Shown here in pieces: positions 11,905 through 26,032 of a stretch of DNA of 64,000 bases (positions are counted from its first letter, which is position 1; each line of letters starts with the position of its first letter). The notes under the pieces were generated by a model. That model saw nothing but the letters and a program-made list of their open reading frames with translations. It had not been told where the DNA came from and did not search any database. The position numbers were made by a program, and so were the translations under genes. The stretch is taken from positions 10,170,001-10,234,000 of the forward strand of contig NC_087252.1 in assembly GCF_037042905.1 (NCBI RefSeq), in the 5' to 3' direction. This DNA is from Lytechinus pictus (lineage: Eukaryota).

Positions 11905-12404
11905 CAAAGGCGGATCCAGGAGGGCCGAGCCCCCCCCCCCCCCCTATTGGCGGAGCCAAAAGGAGGAGGGAGACGAGTGAATGAAATAAGGTGAGGGGAA
12001 CACTTGGAAAATGATTTTAAAATGTATTTTCTGTCACTACATTAAAAATTTAGCTCGCTCTTCGCGCTCGTATAACCTGTTCGATGAGATACATAACTTG
12101 CTCAATAGGCTGATATGTAGCTTAAAATGTCAATATAACAATATACAAAGCATATTTGTACAATGTCCGTTTTATTGTGTGAATATCATATGCAGCTGTT
12201 TGCGCTTCGCTCGTTCGCAACTTATCAATTTCATGCGATGTGCCGTATCGAGCCCCCTAAAAATGTTTGGCTCAGTACGCCACTGGGAAAACCCCTTCAA
12301 AGAAACAAATAAAAAATCAACTTTGAGCGGCCGATCGGGGAGAATATGGGTGAAAACAAATTTCGCCCCCCCCCCCCATTGGCGGGAGCTGGATCCGCCC
12401 CTGG
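11905..12404. mobile_element. hAT-like MITE
   Basis: TIRs CAAAGGCGGATCCAG / CTGGATCCGCCCCTG, with GAACAG on both sides. A related inverted sequence lies at about 13700-14010. Confidence 0.6.
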
Positions 12405-12669
12405 AACAGGTCTGATTAAATAGGGGGAACAGACTTATTACAATAAATCTGTATTACATACACCAAATACCAATTTTCAGTGATTTTACACCAATGCATG
12501 TAAGACTACACAGTGCAGTAATATTACAGATGTTCTCGAGACTCTGCTGCAGGATTTTCTTTTTCTTTTAGTAGAAATTTTCTAACAGCGTACGTCTAAG
12601 GAAAATAAGATGTTCTATGAAAGAAGGAGTGATTTGCACTGCCACACATTTGCGTTCGAGTCCTGCCTT

Positions 12670-13070
12670 GATAATAATAATAATAACAATAATAATACTC
12701 GATATTTATATCGCGCTTATCCCACAAGGCCCTAAGTGATGACAACATCAGTTTACCTAATTCATAAAAACAAAATATATCAGAACTGCGTACAAAATGA
12801 AGGCAGTTTCCTGGAGCAAAAAAGTTTTTAGGGACTTCTTATATGACTCGATTGTAGGGGATTTTTTTTTAGTGTGAGATGGAGTTTGTTCCATTATATT
12901 GAGGATGCAACAGTAAAGGTTTTATCTCCGGTCTGCTTTCGTTTAGTTCGATACGTTAATTTAAGTGGGTCTTCAGAGGATCTAGTTCTTCTACCTGGGA
13001 CATAAATTTCTAAACAATCACACAAGTATTTTGGGGCTAGGTTAATGATTGATTTGTATACAAAAAACAC
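12670..13070 (-). mobile_element. 3' end of an L2 LINE
   Basis: YKSIINLAPKYL...RSS...GDKTFTVASS..WNKL, followed by a (TTA)n-type tail. Confidence 0.75.
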
Positions 13071-14074
13071 TGTGTAGGGACATTGTGAAGTGGATGGGAA
13101 TAGCACTTAACAAATGAAGAGAGCGCGAAGCGGGAGCTGATTTTTTTTTTTGCCATTTTGACCTAGGATCGGGACATTCTAGGCCTAATGACATTTTGTC
13201 ATCATATGAAAATCTTCATATTCCTTTATCTAAGCGCGATATGAAGGTTGTCGATAGTCCTTTCTGAATAAAAGGACAATTTAATTATTAGGAATTCATG
13301 AACATTTTATTATATTTATTAATCTGATAGGCCTAATGAGTGCGTGAAATTTGATGACATTGAGGCCTGCAAAAAAATGATATTTTAAGCACTTTTGTAA
13401 TCATAAATGGGATTAATTACTTGATATTAAAGAAAATAATAATGCAAGCGCAAATCGCGACCCGGAATTTTGTAAAAAAAACTGTCACAAATGCGTGATT
13501 TTAAGTAATTTGTTATATAATTGATATACAGGTATACATAACTCCCCAATCAAAATGCGAGCGCACGCTGCAAAATGTTGATATCAACACCTTAAAATTG
13601 ACATTTTACAGAGCACTTAGAAAAATAAATTGGTAAATCAAGCAAAATAATGAAAGCCCGATGTCCGAGCTGAAATATGTTTCGTATATTGACTTCAAAA
13701 CTTGATATTTAAAGCTACATATCAGCCTATTGAGCAAGATACATGCATGTATCCCAACAAAACAGACAATGCGAGCGCAAAGCGCGAGCGACAATTAGAT
13801 ATAATGAAATGAAATATTAAAAAAAATATATTTTCCAAGTCTTCCCCTGACCTTATTTCATTCACTCGTCTTCCTCCTTTCATTGTTCCTCTCCTTTTTT
13901 TACTTTCTTTCCACTTTTTTTTTCTTTCTCTCCCCCTTTTTTATTTTTTGTTGCTCCAATAGGAGGGGGCGGGCCCCTCGTCCCCCCCCCCTCCTAGATT
14001 TGCCTATGCATTTGCGAGGTCTCCTGCAGTTTTAGGGTCAAAAGATGTATGTATATATATATATATATATTTAT

Positions 14075-14396
14075 AAATTGTAAGGAAATGAATGAAGAGA
14101 ACAATGGTAGGCGTAGCTTAAATCAAGGTTCCCCAGAGCTATCTACCCTTTGGAAAAATTGGTGATGCCGAAAAAATGTCTCTGCCGGGAATCGAACACG
14201 GGCCCCCAGCTTTAAACGGCGGTGCCTTAACCACTAGACTACAGAGACATTTTTTCGGCATTACCAATTTTTCCAAAGGGCAGATAGCTCTGGGGAACCT
14301 TGATTTAAGCTACGCCTACCATTGTTCTCTTCATCCATTTCTTTCACAACATATTTATATAAAAGAGTTGCCAAAGCTGTTGTACATGTATAATTT

Positions 14397-14402
<6 letters not shown>
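14075..14402. mobile_element. tRNA-containing fold-back repeat, copy 1, between (TA)n tracts
   Basis: About 100-bp inverted arms enclose a minus-strand tRNA-like sequence at 14178-14249. Confidence 0.75.
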
Positions 14403-14451
<49 letters not shown>

Positions 14452-14828
14452 ATTTATATATATAACTGATTATCATCTGCGTAGAGATGATAACTAATTG
14501 CATGAATATGCCTTGCTAAGTCACCCACCGGAAGTTTAGATACTAAATAACCCACAGGACCAATATCCTAGCCTAGCTTGTGGTAGTCCAAAGATAGAAA
14601 ATTGGGGTTTGGATAATTCACCCGATATTTCAACTTTAGAGGACCAAACACTTAAATATGACATGTCAAAGTAATGGATCTAACTCTAATTCCGCTGGAC
14701 AGGCGTGATAAAAAAGTGTCATAATTTATAGTATCAAGCCTTTTCTGGGAGTCGCGTTCGCACCAGCGTGACATCACTCCTGTTCAACCGCTAGTAATTG
14801 CTCTTAAGGCAGGAAAAGGGTTCAAGAA

Positions 14829-15083
14829 CACTCGAAAAAATATTAGGTAAAAGTGGTGAGGGTAATTATGTGTCCAACCAACATTGGGAATTTTTTTTTT
14901 TGGGGGGGGATTCTTATTCATCTAGTGAGATGAAAATTTTGCCCATTCTTAAGTAATTGCTGCTTATTTTTTAACCTTACTGGACAATATGCTTCCCGCA
15001 ATGGGTAAAATACTGCCCAAAACTTGTTGGACACATAATTACCTTCGTGGTGGTAAAAATTTTACCCAATATGTTTTACAGTG
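14829..15083. mobile_element. CACT...AGTG-terminated MITE (CMC-like)
   Basis: TIRs CACTCGAAAAAATATTAGGTAAAA / TTTTACCCAATATGTTTTACAGTG. Confidence 0.55.
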
Positions 15084-15730
15084 TACTAGCAAAGGGTTAT
15101 GCGTATGAAATAAAGCAATTGCTGAGGCATGATATTTTGCTTGGCTAACTATTGCCTGTGCTTGAAGCAATTCCTTGACAGCAATAGCTACTTTTATGCA
15201 TCTGACCCAATGCATCTGATTCTGATTGGATGAATGTTTGTGATGAATGTTTGTGTGAAAAAAATATCGAAAAAGTTTTGTTTGTTTATTTTCTTTCTTA
15301 TGCCATCAATGCCACTATTGATCGTTTGATCCATTCATTGCTTGGTTTATTTAAGTTCTGTCTGCTTGTTCTTCCCCAGTCTGTTAAAAAAAATAAGCGC
15401 CTACACACATTCTAAATTTATTTTGCCTAGCTACGTACACAAGACTCCCAACAGATCATTTGTTTAATTTGTTTGAGAAGTGTATTTTCCACCTTTGTAG
15501 CTTGTTATAAAGAAAGTGGGGTTTTCCCTAAAATAACCCAAAAGAGGAGGGAAACTGGTTCACCAAACAAACACAATAAAATTGCTCGTGGTCGTACGAA
15601 ATTAGCTAAACCCGTGAATCAATCTGTCATTATTACAAACAAGTTAATGTCGATTTCAATGAACGGACCCGAGGGGGGGGGCAGTCAAATATATTGCTGT
15701 TTGTATGCGTGCCCGCCTCCCCCCCCCCCC

Positions 15731-15762
<32 letters not shown>

Positions 15763-16288
15763 GCGTTTAAAGGGATGTTTTTCAGTTTTGGACGCGGGCC
15801 GCGCGTGCACTCGTTAACGGTATCAAAAACACCGATTTTAAAAAATAAGGGTGGTTTTCAAAGACTGGTCAATGGTCAATCGCGGGGTCAAATGTATTTA
15901 GGGTATGTTTTTTTCAAAGCTTTTTTTTTATAAGACTAGCCAAACGTGTTTACTGTTTGTTTTTCTCCCAGCTTTTTCCCCGGGGCTTTTTCCTCCTCGT
16001 TTCTTCCCGATTGTGTTATTTTAACCCTGTAACTGTACTGGGGAGTATGCAATACCCATGAATATAGTTATGTATATACTTATATTGTTAGCGAGAAGAC
16101 AAAACTTGTTTAGGGATAATAATTCTGTCGACAACTTGTTTAGGGGCCAAAATGTGTAAATGAAGTTCGCGAAAAACTTGTTTGGGCGGTTATTTTGCAC
16201 ACAGAGAAAAACTCGTTTATGAGGTGTTAGGATATAATTTGGCCACGCATGTGTACAATACATTAGACTGGAACGGACGTCTCTGAAT

Positions 16289-17867
16289 TAGTCCAGGATA
16301 GGCCCTATAGAAAATTCACTAAACCTTTTTTTTTCTTATATACAATTTTTTTTGTGGTTTCTGGTCAATTCGAGGGTGATGAATCCGAATCTAAATGATG
16401 GCACTCGTGTAACCTTGAGCATTTTCCGCAAATTTGCAAAATCCAAATTCATTGACCCCCAAAATATGCAAATTACCCATGCAAATCATAAAATTGCCCG
16501 CACAATTGCGTATAAAATGTATGTAATTGTTTTGCAGGAGTGAAATACTCTGTGAACATGTTTTTTACAAAATGTTTATATTCTCGAAATTTTACAAAAA
16601 ATGACCACTAAACTGCAAGTAATTGTAATCTATAAACGAAGTAATGTATGAAAATTATTTCAAACGATATATATTAGTTATTATGTCATGTACGGGAGAA
16701 AATGTTGTATTTTTATATCAAAAACAGCCGCCATTGGCCCTAACAATATTATGTAGAATGGCAATGGGAAAAAACACAAGAGTGAGCACTAAAATGCATA
16801 TTATAAAGATAAACGAGTGGAATACTAACTAAAAACTTAATTATTAAGGAAATATATTTTGATTATGCCATGTGATAAATGCTGCATTTTGATATTTAAA
16901 ATGGCCGCCAATGACCCTAATAGTATTATGTACAGTGTGAAAGAGGACCAAATAAGTTACAAGAGTGAGCACTAGAATGCATGAATAAGTGATAAACAAA
17001 TGGGACACTGTGTAAAAAAAACCCACTTAAAAAAAAAATATATCATTCAGGATTAAAGTTTGTGTTAAACACTGTATTTTAACTTTCAAAATGGCGCCAG
17101 GTATTATGTACAATGGGAACTGGGAAACCGATTCTCACAGGAGTGAGCGCCATAAATGCACGTAATTGTGATCTATGAGTAAAATAATGTCTAAAAACGT
17201 AATTTCTAACAAGATATATCATTCCTTTTGTCAGGTAGGTAATAAATACTGTTTTTTTGTAGTCAAAATTGCCGCTACATGCCCTTAAGTGATTATGTTC
17301 AATGTGAATGGTGCAGGCAATTTAAACAGAATTTGGCTTTACTTGTCTAAAATTGTTTTATTTGAGTAAAATAGTGTCTGAAAAATGAATTTTAAGGAAA
17401 AAAAAATGTATCTTATGTCAACTAGGTGATAAATGCTATAATTATTTCAAAATGACTGCCATATGGTCTTTGGTGAAAAATTATCTTTCCCAATTCAAAA
17501 CGTACATAGCACGATAATGGCCTATGGCGGTAATTTTCTCTTTTTTTTCAATTTCAAAATGCAGCTTTCATCACATTAATGACACAAGATTTGATAAATC
17601 TCTTTAAAAACCATGATTTTTTAAATAAAATTTCACTCTTACATCACAGTTACATACAAAATTTACAATCAAGCAAAGCCAGATTCTGTCAAAATTATTC
17701 TGTCAAAATTATCTGTCCGCAGTTGCAGTGTACATAATCTTTTTTCTCGGGGGGGTGGTCATTTTGCGGAAAATGATTCGTAATCAACTCCCTCGAATTG
17801 ACAAGAAACCACAACAATTTTGGATATATATGAACAAAATAAAATATGTCTCTTCTTGCCTGGATTA
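16289..17867. mobile_element. Non-autonomous DNA transposon, Academ-like
   Basis: Termini TAGTCCAGG / CCTGGATTA, AAT on both sides, subterminal inverted TGTGGTTTCTGGTCAATTCGAGGG / CCCTCGAATTGACAAGAAACCACA. Confidence 0.6.
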
Positions 17868-18670
17868 AATTCATTGCCCCACTTTCGCATTTTTTTTAAA
17901 GTAAAATATATAAAGCAATTTAATCAGAGGCTTAGGCTAAGAATTGAAATATATAAATCTGAAATATATTTATTTTTCATATGTTATTTATCGAATTCAT
18001 TCAACTCATCAGTACAATATCTTATTTTTTAAACTAATAAAAATAGAATATACATAAAAAGTAGATTCATGATTCATTTGACTCGATTAAAAAGAAAGAT
18101 CTGTAAGAATGAATACAAAAACCATATGCTCCATGCTCAAACAAACCTCGTCTGAATAGTTGATTTTACCTCAAACTGATATGAACTATGAAACTCATAA
18201 ATTTACTTTGTACTGAAAGGGTTGAATTAAGCAAAAATATAAACCAAAAGGTCAGGATACACCTCACCATACTGATGAACATCCAAACGACAAATAATGA
18301 AGAAACCAAAATAATACCAAAATTATTAAGCAACCTAAACAAGCAAACGTTAATAAACAACGCACATGATAAAAGAAAAATGCAAACAAACAAAGCAAAA
18401 ATGAAAATACGAATAAACAAACACATCACGAAACAAATGAGGCAGTCTAGGGCGGAGAAAAGAGGAATAGGGGCTACTGGAACACATCCGTTGTAAACTC
18501 CCAAGTCACTTTATCATGTCACCTCCACCATGTCCTTGTTGGTTGAAAGGTGCCACAAGCGCTTCGGTTGACGTCATTTTAAAATATGCTAAACTCTGTA
18601 AATGTTAGCCTTTACAATTTACTATTAAAAACCGAACCATACATATATGTGTATATATATATATATATAT

Positions 18671-18712
<42 letters not shown>

Positions 18713-19660
18713 CGAGTTATGTTCCTAATGGAGCTAAATACACTTTTGGTGTTTTCATGTAAGTCAAGGTTTTTTTTAATTCACAACTTTCCCTTAGCCA
18801 CTGCTGTTTTATTTTGTTATATATGATAGTACTATCATCTTGGATTAATTGAATCATGACTTTTAAAAAATATAGCATTCTTTATCAATTTTTTAAGAAT
18901 TTTTGAAATTCTATTTTTCATGGAATTAGCTCCTTTTGGAACAAAACCCTAGCAAGATGTCAATTTTTTGCCAATTTAAACGTGTTTGATATTTGAAATT
19001 GAACACAAAACACATAAATATGGCTAGCGGAGTACATTTCACATCCTTTCTGATGTTTATCCATTGAAAATTGATGATATTTTTTCATCTCAAGACGATG
19101 AATTTTCGATATCCAATTCCAAAAGGAGCTAGATCCAGAAATATTCAAAAAAATTGTAAAATTATGTTATTTCTAGCGAAATTTGCACTGATAGTGTAAA
19201 CTTGTATCCACAGAATATATTAGTACCCAAAATTGAATGCATAACTTTATGTAAAATATAAACAAATAACAAATTTTAAATTACCGTATAGTGGATTTAG
19301 CTCCTTTTTGGAAAAAAAAAATGTTTTGAATTAAGCTCGTTTATTTATTAATTTTACCAGCTTTTCCAAAAAAAAATCACTTACGATTTGTTGGATTTGA
19401 TTCCCACGTCTAAGATGCAGATATTTTATCAATATATAACGATATTACATTCCGCGTGTTGGACATAGATGATATTAATGAGGCAAAGTGGTAATTGAGT
19501 TCTAAAATGGTACTTGGTATTTGGGTTCTTGTCATTGTGAGCATTCTTGTATGGATCCTTAAAGAAGACGTATGTTTAACGTCGAAAATTTGGATTACAA
19601 AATGAACTGTTGGAACTAAATATGCATTACCACTTTGCCTCATTAATATATATATATATA

Positions 19661-20225
19661 GTGTGAAAGAAATGGATGAAGAGAACAATGGTAGGCGAAG
19701 CTTAAAATCAAGGTTCCCCAGAGCTATCTACCCTTTGGAAAAATTGGTGATGCCGAAAAAATGTCTCTGCCGGGAATCGAACCCGGGCCCCCAGCTTTGA
19801 ACGCCGGTGCCTTAACCACTAGACCACAGAGACGGATTAGTGGCTAGGGCGACCCCGATCCGATTGACCGTCAGATAGACAGATTTTCGACACCATACCA
19901 ATTATAATTTCCTTTGTCGGGTGAAGGTGGGTTTTGAACAATGACAAGCCGCCATGCCTCAGCTGGATCAAAGATATTGCTTTGATACAGTACATGAATG
20001 GGAGAAAGTATACAAATGTGTGAAGTTATACATGTACTACAGCTTTGGCAACTCTTTTATTTAAATATTGTGTGAAAGCAATATTATATCAAAGCACCAA
20101 TTTTTCCAAAGGGTAGATAGCTCTGGGGAACCTTGATTTAAGCTACGCCTACCATTGTTCTCTTCATCCATTTCTTTCACACAATATTTAAATTAAAGAG
20201 TTGCCAAAGCTGTAGTACATGTATA
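19661..20225. mobile_element. tRNA-containing fold-back repeat, copy 2, between (TA)n tracts
   Basis: Same body as 14075-14402. tRNA-like sequence at 19762-19832 (-), extra upstream segment, inverted body copy at about 20095-20222. Confidence 0.75.
19762..19832 (-). ncRNA. tRNA-derived Pol III cassette (SINE-like head), probably not a functional tRNA
   Basis: GTCTCTGTGGTCTAGTGGTTAAGGCACCGGCGTTCAAAGCTGGGGGCCCGGGTTCGATTCCCGGCAGAGAC: A box, B box, 7-bp acceptor stem, followed by a T run. Confidence 0.7.
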
Positions 20226-21027
20226 TATATAAATATATATATATATATTATGAATTAAATAAGTGGAGCGCCTCTGTCAGTCGCACATGCATTACGCGAT
20301 TCAATATAGCAGCATCGCTGACTTTGAAAAACTACTATGAAATAATTATTTACAAAAAACACCATTCATAATACAATTCTTCGTTTATTGACCCTAAATG
20401 ACATTTGACCTTGATCATGTGACCTAAAACTTGTCAGTGATACATGATTACCCTTTAATTATTTAATGATCACCTCCATCATGGCCAAAGTTCATTGACC
20501 TTAAATGACCTTTGACTTTTAACATGTTGACGCGGCGCCTAAAGTCTCACTGCCTGCTAAAGTCTAAAGTCTTTAACCTAAAGTCTCACTGCCTGCTTAT
20601 TGCCTATAAACTATTATTTCGATCAAAAAGGAACGGACAATGTAAAGCTTGGTATGGTATTGGATATGCCCTCCTATGTTACCAATAAATGAAAATTTCG
20701 ATGATGATACTTTCATAATGACATACACCATGAAACAGTTTGAATTGAGCTGAGGGATTGGCATGATTTTCTGACCGGGGACGTCCCCTGTTTATGGGTA
20801 AATGTATTAAGAAAATTACCCCAGAAGGAGGTCATTACAGATTCACACCCACTTACAACAAACACCGTTACTGATAAAGAAACCAATGGACATATAACAA
20901 AATTATTAGAACATTAGTTGTCCCACTTTATTCAAACAAATTGCTCATGTTTTTTAATTTAAATCTCGTATTGAACACGTAACACAGTTATTGCTTATAC
21001 CTGATTCCATGCGTCAGGCGTACTTAA

Positions 21028-21608
21028 AGGACAAGTCCACCGTGATTTGAATACAAAGAGGAACATCCAACAAGCATAACGCTGAAAATTTCATCAAAAT
21101 CGAATGTAAAATAAGAAAGTTATGACATTTTAAAGTTTCGCTTCATTTCACAAAACAGTTATATGCACATCTCGGTCGGTATGCAAATAAGGGAACTGAT
21201 GACATCATTCACTTACTATTTCTTGTGTATTTCATTATATGAAATATTTTGATTTCTCGTCATTGTCATGTGAAATAAAGTTTCATTCCTCCCTGAACAC
21301 ATCGAATTCCATTATTTTAACATTTTGTGATTCAGGCAAGGAGGTCCTAATTGTCAAATTCGTAAAAATTGAAATATTGTATAATTCAAACAATAAAAAA
21401 CAAAAGAAATAGCGAGTGAGTGACATCATCGACTCTCTCATTTGGATGTAACTGACTCGTTCATATAACTATTTTGTGAAAATTAAGCGTAACTTTGAAA
21501 TGTCATAACTTTCTTGTTTTACATCCGATTTTGATGAAATTTTAAGCATTTTGCTTGTCTGATTTTTCTCTTTTGATTCAAATCAACAATTTACTGAGGT
21601 TGACTTGG
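21028..21608. mobile_element. Non-autonomous Kolobok-type MITE
   Basis: Starts TTAA|AGGACAAGTCCAC with long inverted arms. Same family as 40-591; right tip truncated. Confidence 0.75.
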
Positions 21609-22591
21609 AGCGCTCGTAGTGATCTTATCAGATCATATCAGATAAGTCGTGGTAATCGTAATGATCGTAGAAAATCTTAATTGGTTCAACAATTTGTTTG
21701 CAATCATTTACGAAAGGCCAATCGTGGCTTTCGTTAAGGGTATCACGTCAGTGGGAAAGAAGTAAAGGCGATTGACCACTTGGGTGTTGTTATTCTTCAT
21801 GTTTTTAAGGATCATATATTAATATAAGGGACCCTCTTAACTATGAAACTAAAATGTCTAAATTGCTTTCAGCGGGATATTTTCTTTTAATACGTTTGAT
21901 CATGCTTCAGTGAGGAAATCGTTTATTAGTAAGGAAGATGTGGTGCTTAATCTGTAATTTGACAAAAAATAGCTCCCTCTTATTACTGCTATCGCGCTAA
22001 TAACAGTTCCTGTAAGATATTGGACGATATATTCAGGGAACACATCCCCGTTCTTATTCCGTTCTCCATAAGACTCTAATTCTAATCCCAATTCTAAACG
22101 TTTCATTTCAATAAGAAGAACTCAACAATTTCATAAACGGATGTAAACAAATAAAATAAAATAAAAGAAAAAAAATGGAGTTGGATATACTGTCTTTATA
22201 TCCTCTCATCTGTCAATTGTTGAAAGCCATCATTACTCAGATTATGGTCAAGCCAAATAGTGTGAGAAAGTCGTCATCAACGAGCCTAGTCCTCTTATTC
22301 GTTTACCCAAGGCCTGTTTAACTTCTTTTTAATCTGTGTCCCGGATCAACCCTTTGAAATTCTGGAGATGAATCGTATATATGTAATCTCTTATAATAAA
22401 CCCTACATCTACTTTACCAATTGCCTAATAACACAATTCGTACAGTTAACATTGTTAGCCATGAAAAAAAAAGTTAGATGCGTTGCTGTGTACTTAGTTT
22501 TTTTTATCACCATAGGAAGAAAAACATAGAATAGGATTAAATTTGATGTATTTTATCCTTGCACTGATACAAACAAACCCTATAAGGGATC

Positions 22592-22884
22592 CTACATCTG
22601 GTCAAAGACAATGGCGACTAGAGCTGAGAGTAGAAGGGTCTTGGAAGCCGACGTCGCAACTGCACTTCCTGTTGGTGTTCCATCCGGGTCAAGGTTTGGA
22701 GCGTTGCTCACGTCATAGTCGCCATTGCAGAGGTTGTGATTGCAATAACAATAGCTGTGCTTGTTTTCTAGGTATAATAAATCCAGTCCATCTATGGGTT
22801 CAGGTGTTTCATCGATAGTGTAACAACCGTCGGATGAGGGAATGATGGCACAATCGCGTGACAGGTACGAGGTGGTGTGTTCTT
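22592..22884 (-). CDS. Ly6/uPAR (Quiver-like) GPI-anchored protein A, coding exon 3 (last)
   Basis: Phase-1 acceptor (tttacacag). EEHTTSYLSRDCAII...DGCY...YCYCNHNLCN...SAVATSASKTLLLSALVAIVFDQM*: LU-terminal CxCxxxxCN motif plus hydrophobic tail. Confidence 0.88.
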
Positions 22885-22940
22885 CTGTGTAAATGATAAA
22901 ACAGATACGGTTGTATGAATTGAAGTAATTACTTCCTAAG

Positions 22941-23130
22941 CAGGGGTGTTAGTGGTCACAAATAAAAAGATCTGAAAAAAGCTGAAGAGTATTGAAAAAG
23001 TATGAAATAGAAAGAGCTCCCATACTTTTTGTACAGAGGAAAGCAAAAATATAAAAGCTGAAATTCAGCTGAAAAAAAAAAATAAATAAAAATCTGAAAT
23101 CAGATAAATATCTGAACTATCACACCCCTG
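22941..23130. mobile_element. Short MITE
   Basis: TIRs CAGGGGTGT / CACACCCCTG, with CTAAG on both sides. Confidence 0.55.
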
Positions 23131-23218
23131 CTAAGTAGTTACACCATGATCAGCATGATTAGTACAAGTATGCAGTGAGTAAACTTGCATATTAACTGTA
23201 TTATTGCAACCCAAGCGT

Positions 23219-25086
23219 TTTTTTAACGTTTTGACAATTCTTGGAATCGACATCTCTTATTCTTTTGAGGATAGAATGGCGCAATTACAAAGAATTTTAT
23301 CCAACATTAAATCTCAACTAAATTTATGGAAAGCCAGGAATTTATCATTATACGGGAAAATTCAAATTGTAAAAACTTTTGCTACCTCTCAGCTGTTATA
23401 TGCAGCCAGCATATTATCTATACCTTATTAATTTATTCACAAGGTGAACACATGACTGTATGAATTCATTTGGGGTGGTCCTGATAGAGTAAAACGTGAA
23501 GTGTTGGGTAAAGAGTACGAGGACGGGGGGGGGGGGTTAAAGATGACTTGCATCAAATCGATTATTCAAGCTCAGAAAATTAAACGGGTTTTGAGACTTT
23601 TCTCTTCAACTTCGAAGGGCTGAAAAGATATATGTATAGAATTTTTGTCACCTGTCGGTGGAGAATACATTTTTTATTGTAATTTTGATATGAAATATTT
23701 GAATATTGAAGTGTCAAATTGGTTGATGGACATTTTACAAACATGGTGTATATTCGAAAGGAAAAAAGATATTACCAATGAGTTTATATAGAACAATCAA
23801 TATATCACATTCAAAGGAAAATCTATTTATAAACCAAACATAAAAGAAAAGGGGTTCACTAAAATTACTGATATGTTAGATGAATTTAGACGCCCACTAC
23901 GCTGGAGGGACGCGAAAGAAAAGGGGTTAAAGTTCACTGAGTATTTTGAATTGTTAGATTGCTATAAAATAACGCCAGGAAAGTGGAAAGTTTTCTTTCT
24001 ACAACAAAACTACCATCATCTTGTAAAAGAACCTGGGGATTTCCCTTCTCTTTTCTGTAAATCTGCATTTAGAAAAATTCAGAATATATCGACTAAGCAA
24101 TTTTATCGCACTGTTTTAAATATTAATAACTCCAAAACCGCCAAGGTGTTTACTCGTTTTAATCAGCTTAACAACATCGATAGGCAACAGATTTCCAAAT
24201 TGTTCACTCTTCCATTACGAATCGCTATTGACACCAGACTTCGAATCACACACTATAAAATTTTAAACAACTTAATACCTACAAATGAATGGCTCACAAA
24301 AATAAGAAAGAAAACCAATGCATTATGCTCTTTTTGCAATGCGACACCCGAGACTTTGGATCATTTGTTTTTTGCATGCCCTAAAATAGCACCCTTTTGG
24401 AATACGTTGCGTATGAGAGTGACCGATTTTAATACTAATTATTTCCTTTCACGAAATACTATTTTATTTGGATTGCTAGAACCATTAAGTCAATCCACCT
24501 TAGCATTTAATTTTCTAATTTTACTCGGTAAACAATTAATTTGGCGATGTAAATACCAAGAGACTCTCCCTAGTTTGAAACAATTTAATTATTATCTTTT
24601 ATCTTATAAAGTTACTGAGGAAAAACAAACTCAATAAACACAATGTAAAATTGCAAAACATAAACAATTTTTTCCATTGCATGAATTGTAACCACTGTAG
24701 ATTAGTATTTTGTGTTAATCGGGTTTTTTTTGTGAGTTTGTTTTATCTTCTGTTCATGTTGTAGTGGTGTTTTTAAATGTCATACTTTCAGTTATGTTAA
24801 TACATTAAAATGTCATATTTTTGGGTTGCGCTATACCCCGGCGATGCAGCCAGGATGACAGTGAACCGACGGGTATTACCGTACCCCTTTTTCTTTTTCG
24901 GTTTAATGGATCGTCCTGTCGGCAGGACTAGGGTACAAGTTATTTGTAAATTATTCTGAGTACACAATTTTTTAGGATATGTTGTATGTTGTATCAATGT
25001 TCTGTTTGATTGAAGTGCAACCATATGTTTTGTATACTTTGATTGTTTTTGTGACGAATATTAAAACTGCAAAGATAAAAAAAAAA
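23219..25086 (+). mobile_element. 5'-truncated L1/Tx1-clade LINE in intron 2 of Ly6 gene A (antisense)
   Basis: LWKARNLSLYGKIQIVKTFATSQLLY, GGL motif, zf-RVT CSFCNATPETLDHLFFAC...FW, A tail at about 25076-25086, candidate TSD CAAGCGT (23212-23218 / 25087-25093). Confidence 0.85.
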
Positions 25087-25843
25087 CAAGCGTCTAAGAA
25101 TCGGTCTCGGTATGCAGGTATATGGGGTTGTACACAACTTTTTTTAAACTGCTGAATGTTGTCAGAGGTAAACGACAAATGTATGATCACTTTGAATACA
25201 CTAAAGTGAATAAACGGGAACAAAATTAAGTAGGTCACAATTTCACTCTCATCATAATACGCTGCGATATTCAGATCAGTGTGGGGGGGGGGGGGGTAAG
25301 CAATGGACGAGTGGGGGAGGTTGGTGGCGCACTAACATTTGCGGTTTCATGGGAGAATGTGCCAAAATTCTGACAGGCAAAATTGTTTCTGATGATAGTC
25401 AGGGTGTGACAAACTACAGTTTGAACTAGCCTTGAGGCAACTACTGCACTAAAAAGAGATGTGTTGCTTCTGAACAATACGACTGGGGGCAATGTATCCC
25501 GAAATAGATCATCCAGATAATCATTATTAAAGACCATAACGAAGACGAAAACTGAATACCGTCCAAACATTTTCAACTATACCAATATCTTAAATTTCGA
25601 AAGTTACAAGTAAAGAACTTTTTGTGGGAGGGGGGGGGGGCGTCAAACCAATATTGGCCCTACTACTAAGGTAGTAGAACTGCGTGAATAGAATGACAAA
25701 ACAAAAAGAGCTGGCGTCATGGGCGTATTTTGGCGGTGTGTGACGTTATAAATCTACGTCATCGTGGTCATTATCAATACTCTTAATAAATGGGCGGACA
25801 ACAACAGATCGAAGCTAATTCACACATAAATAATAATTCTCAC

Positions 25844-26032
25844 CTCCATTGAGAATGAATCGAATGGTGACATCGTTGAACGTGCATCCCTGGTCAAAAG
25901 AAGGAAAATAAGGACTTATCGGGCAGTCTACTTCTTCTCCATACGATCCACCCTCACAAGAAACAAGTCCATTGTGAAATACATCGTCTCCTGATACGAG
26001 ATTCAGGCATCGATAGCAGGTGATTGCCTCCC
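25844..26032 (-). CDS. Ly6/uPAR protein A, coding exon 2
   Basis: AG/GTGAG boundaries, phase 1-1, 189 nt. GEAITCYRCLNLVSG...SCEGG...DCP...GCTFNDVTIRFILNG carries the LU N-terminal CxxC motif. Confidence 0.88.

Noticed and set aside
14178..14249. Functional tRNA gene
   Set aside because: Irregular anticodon arm, divergent between the two copies, and embedded in a repeat.
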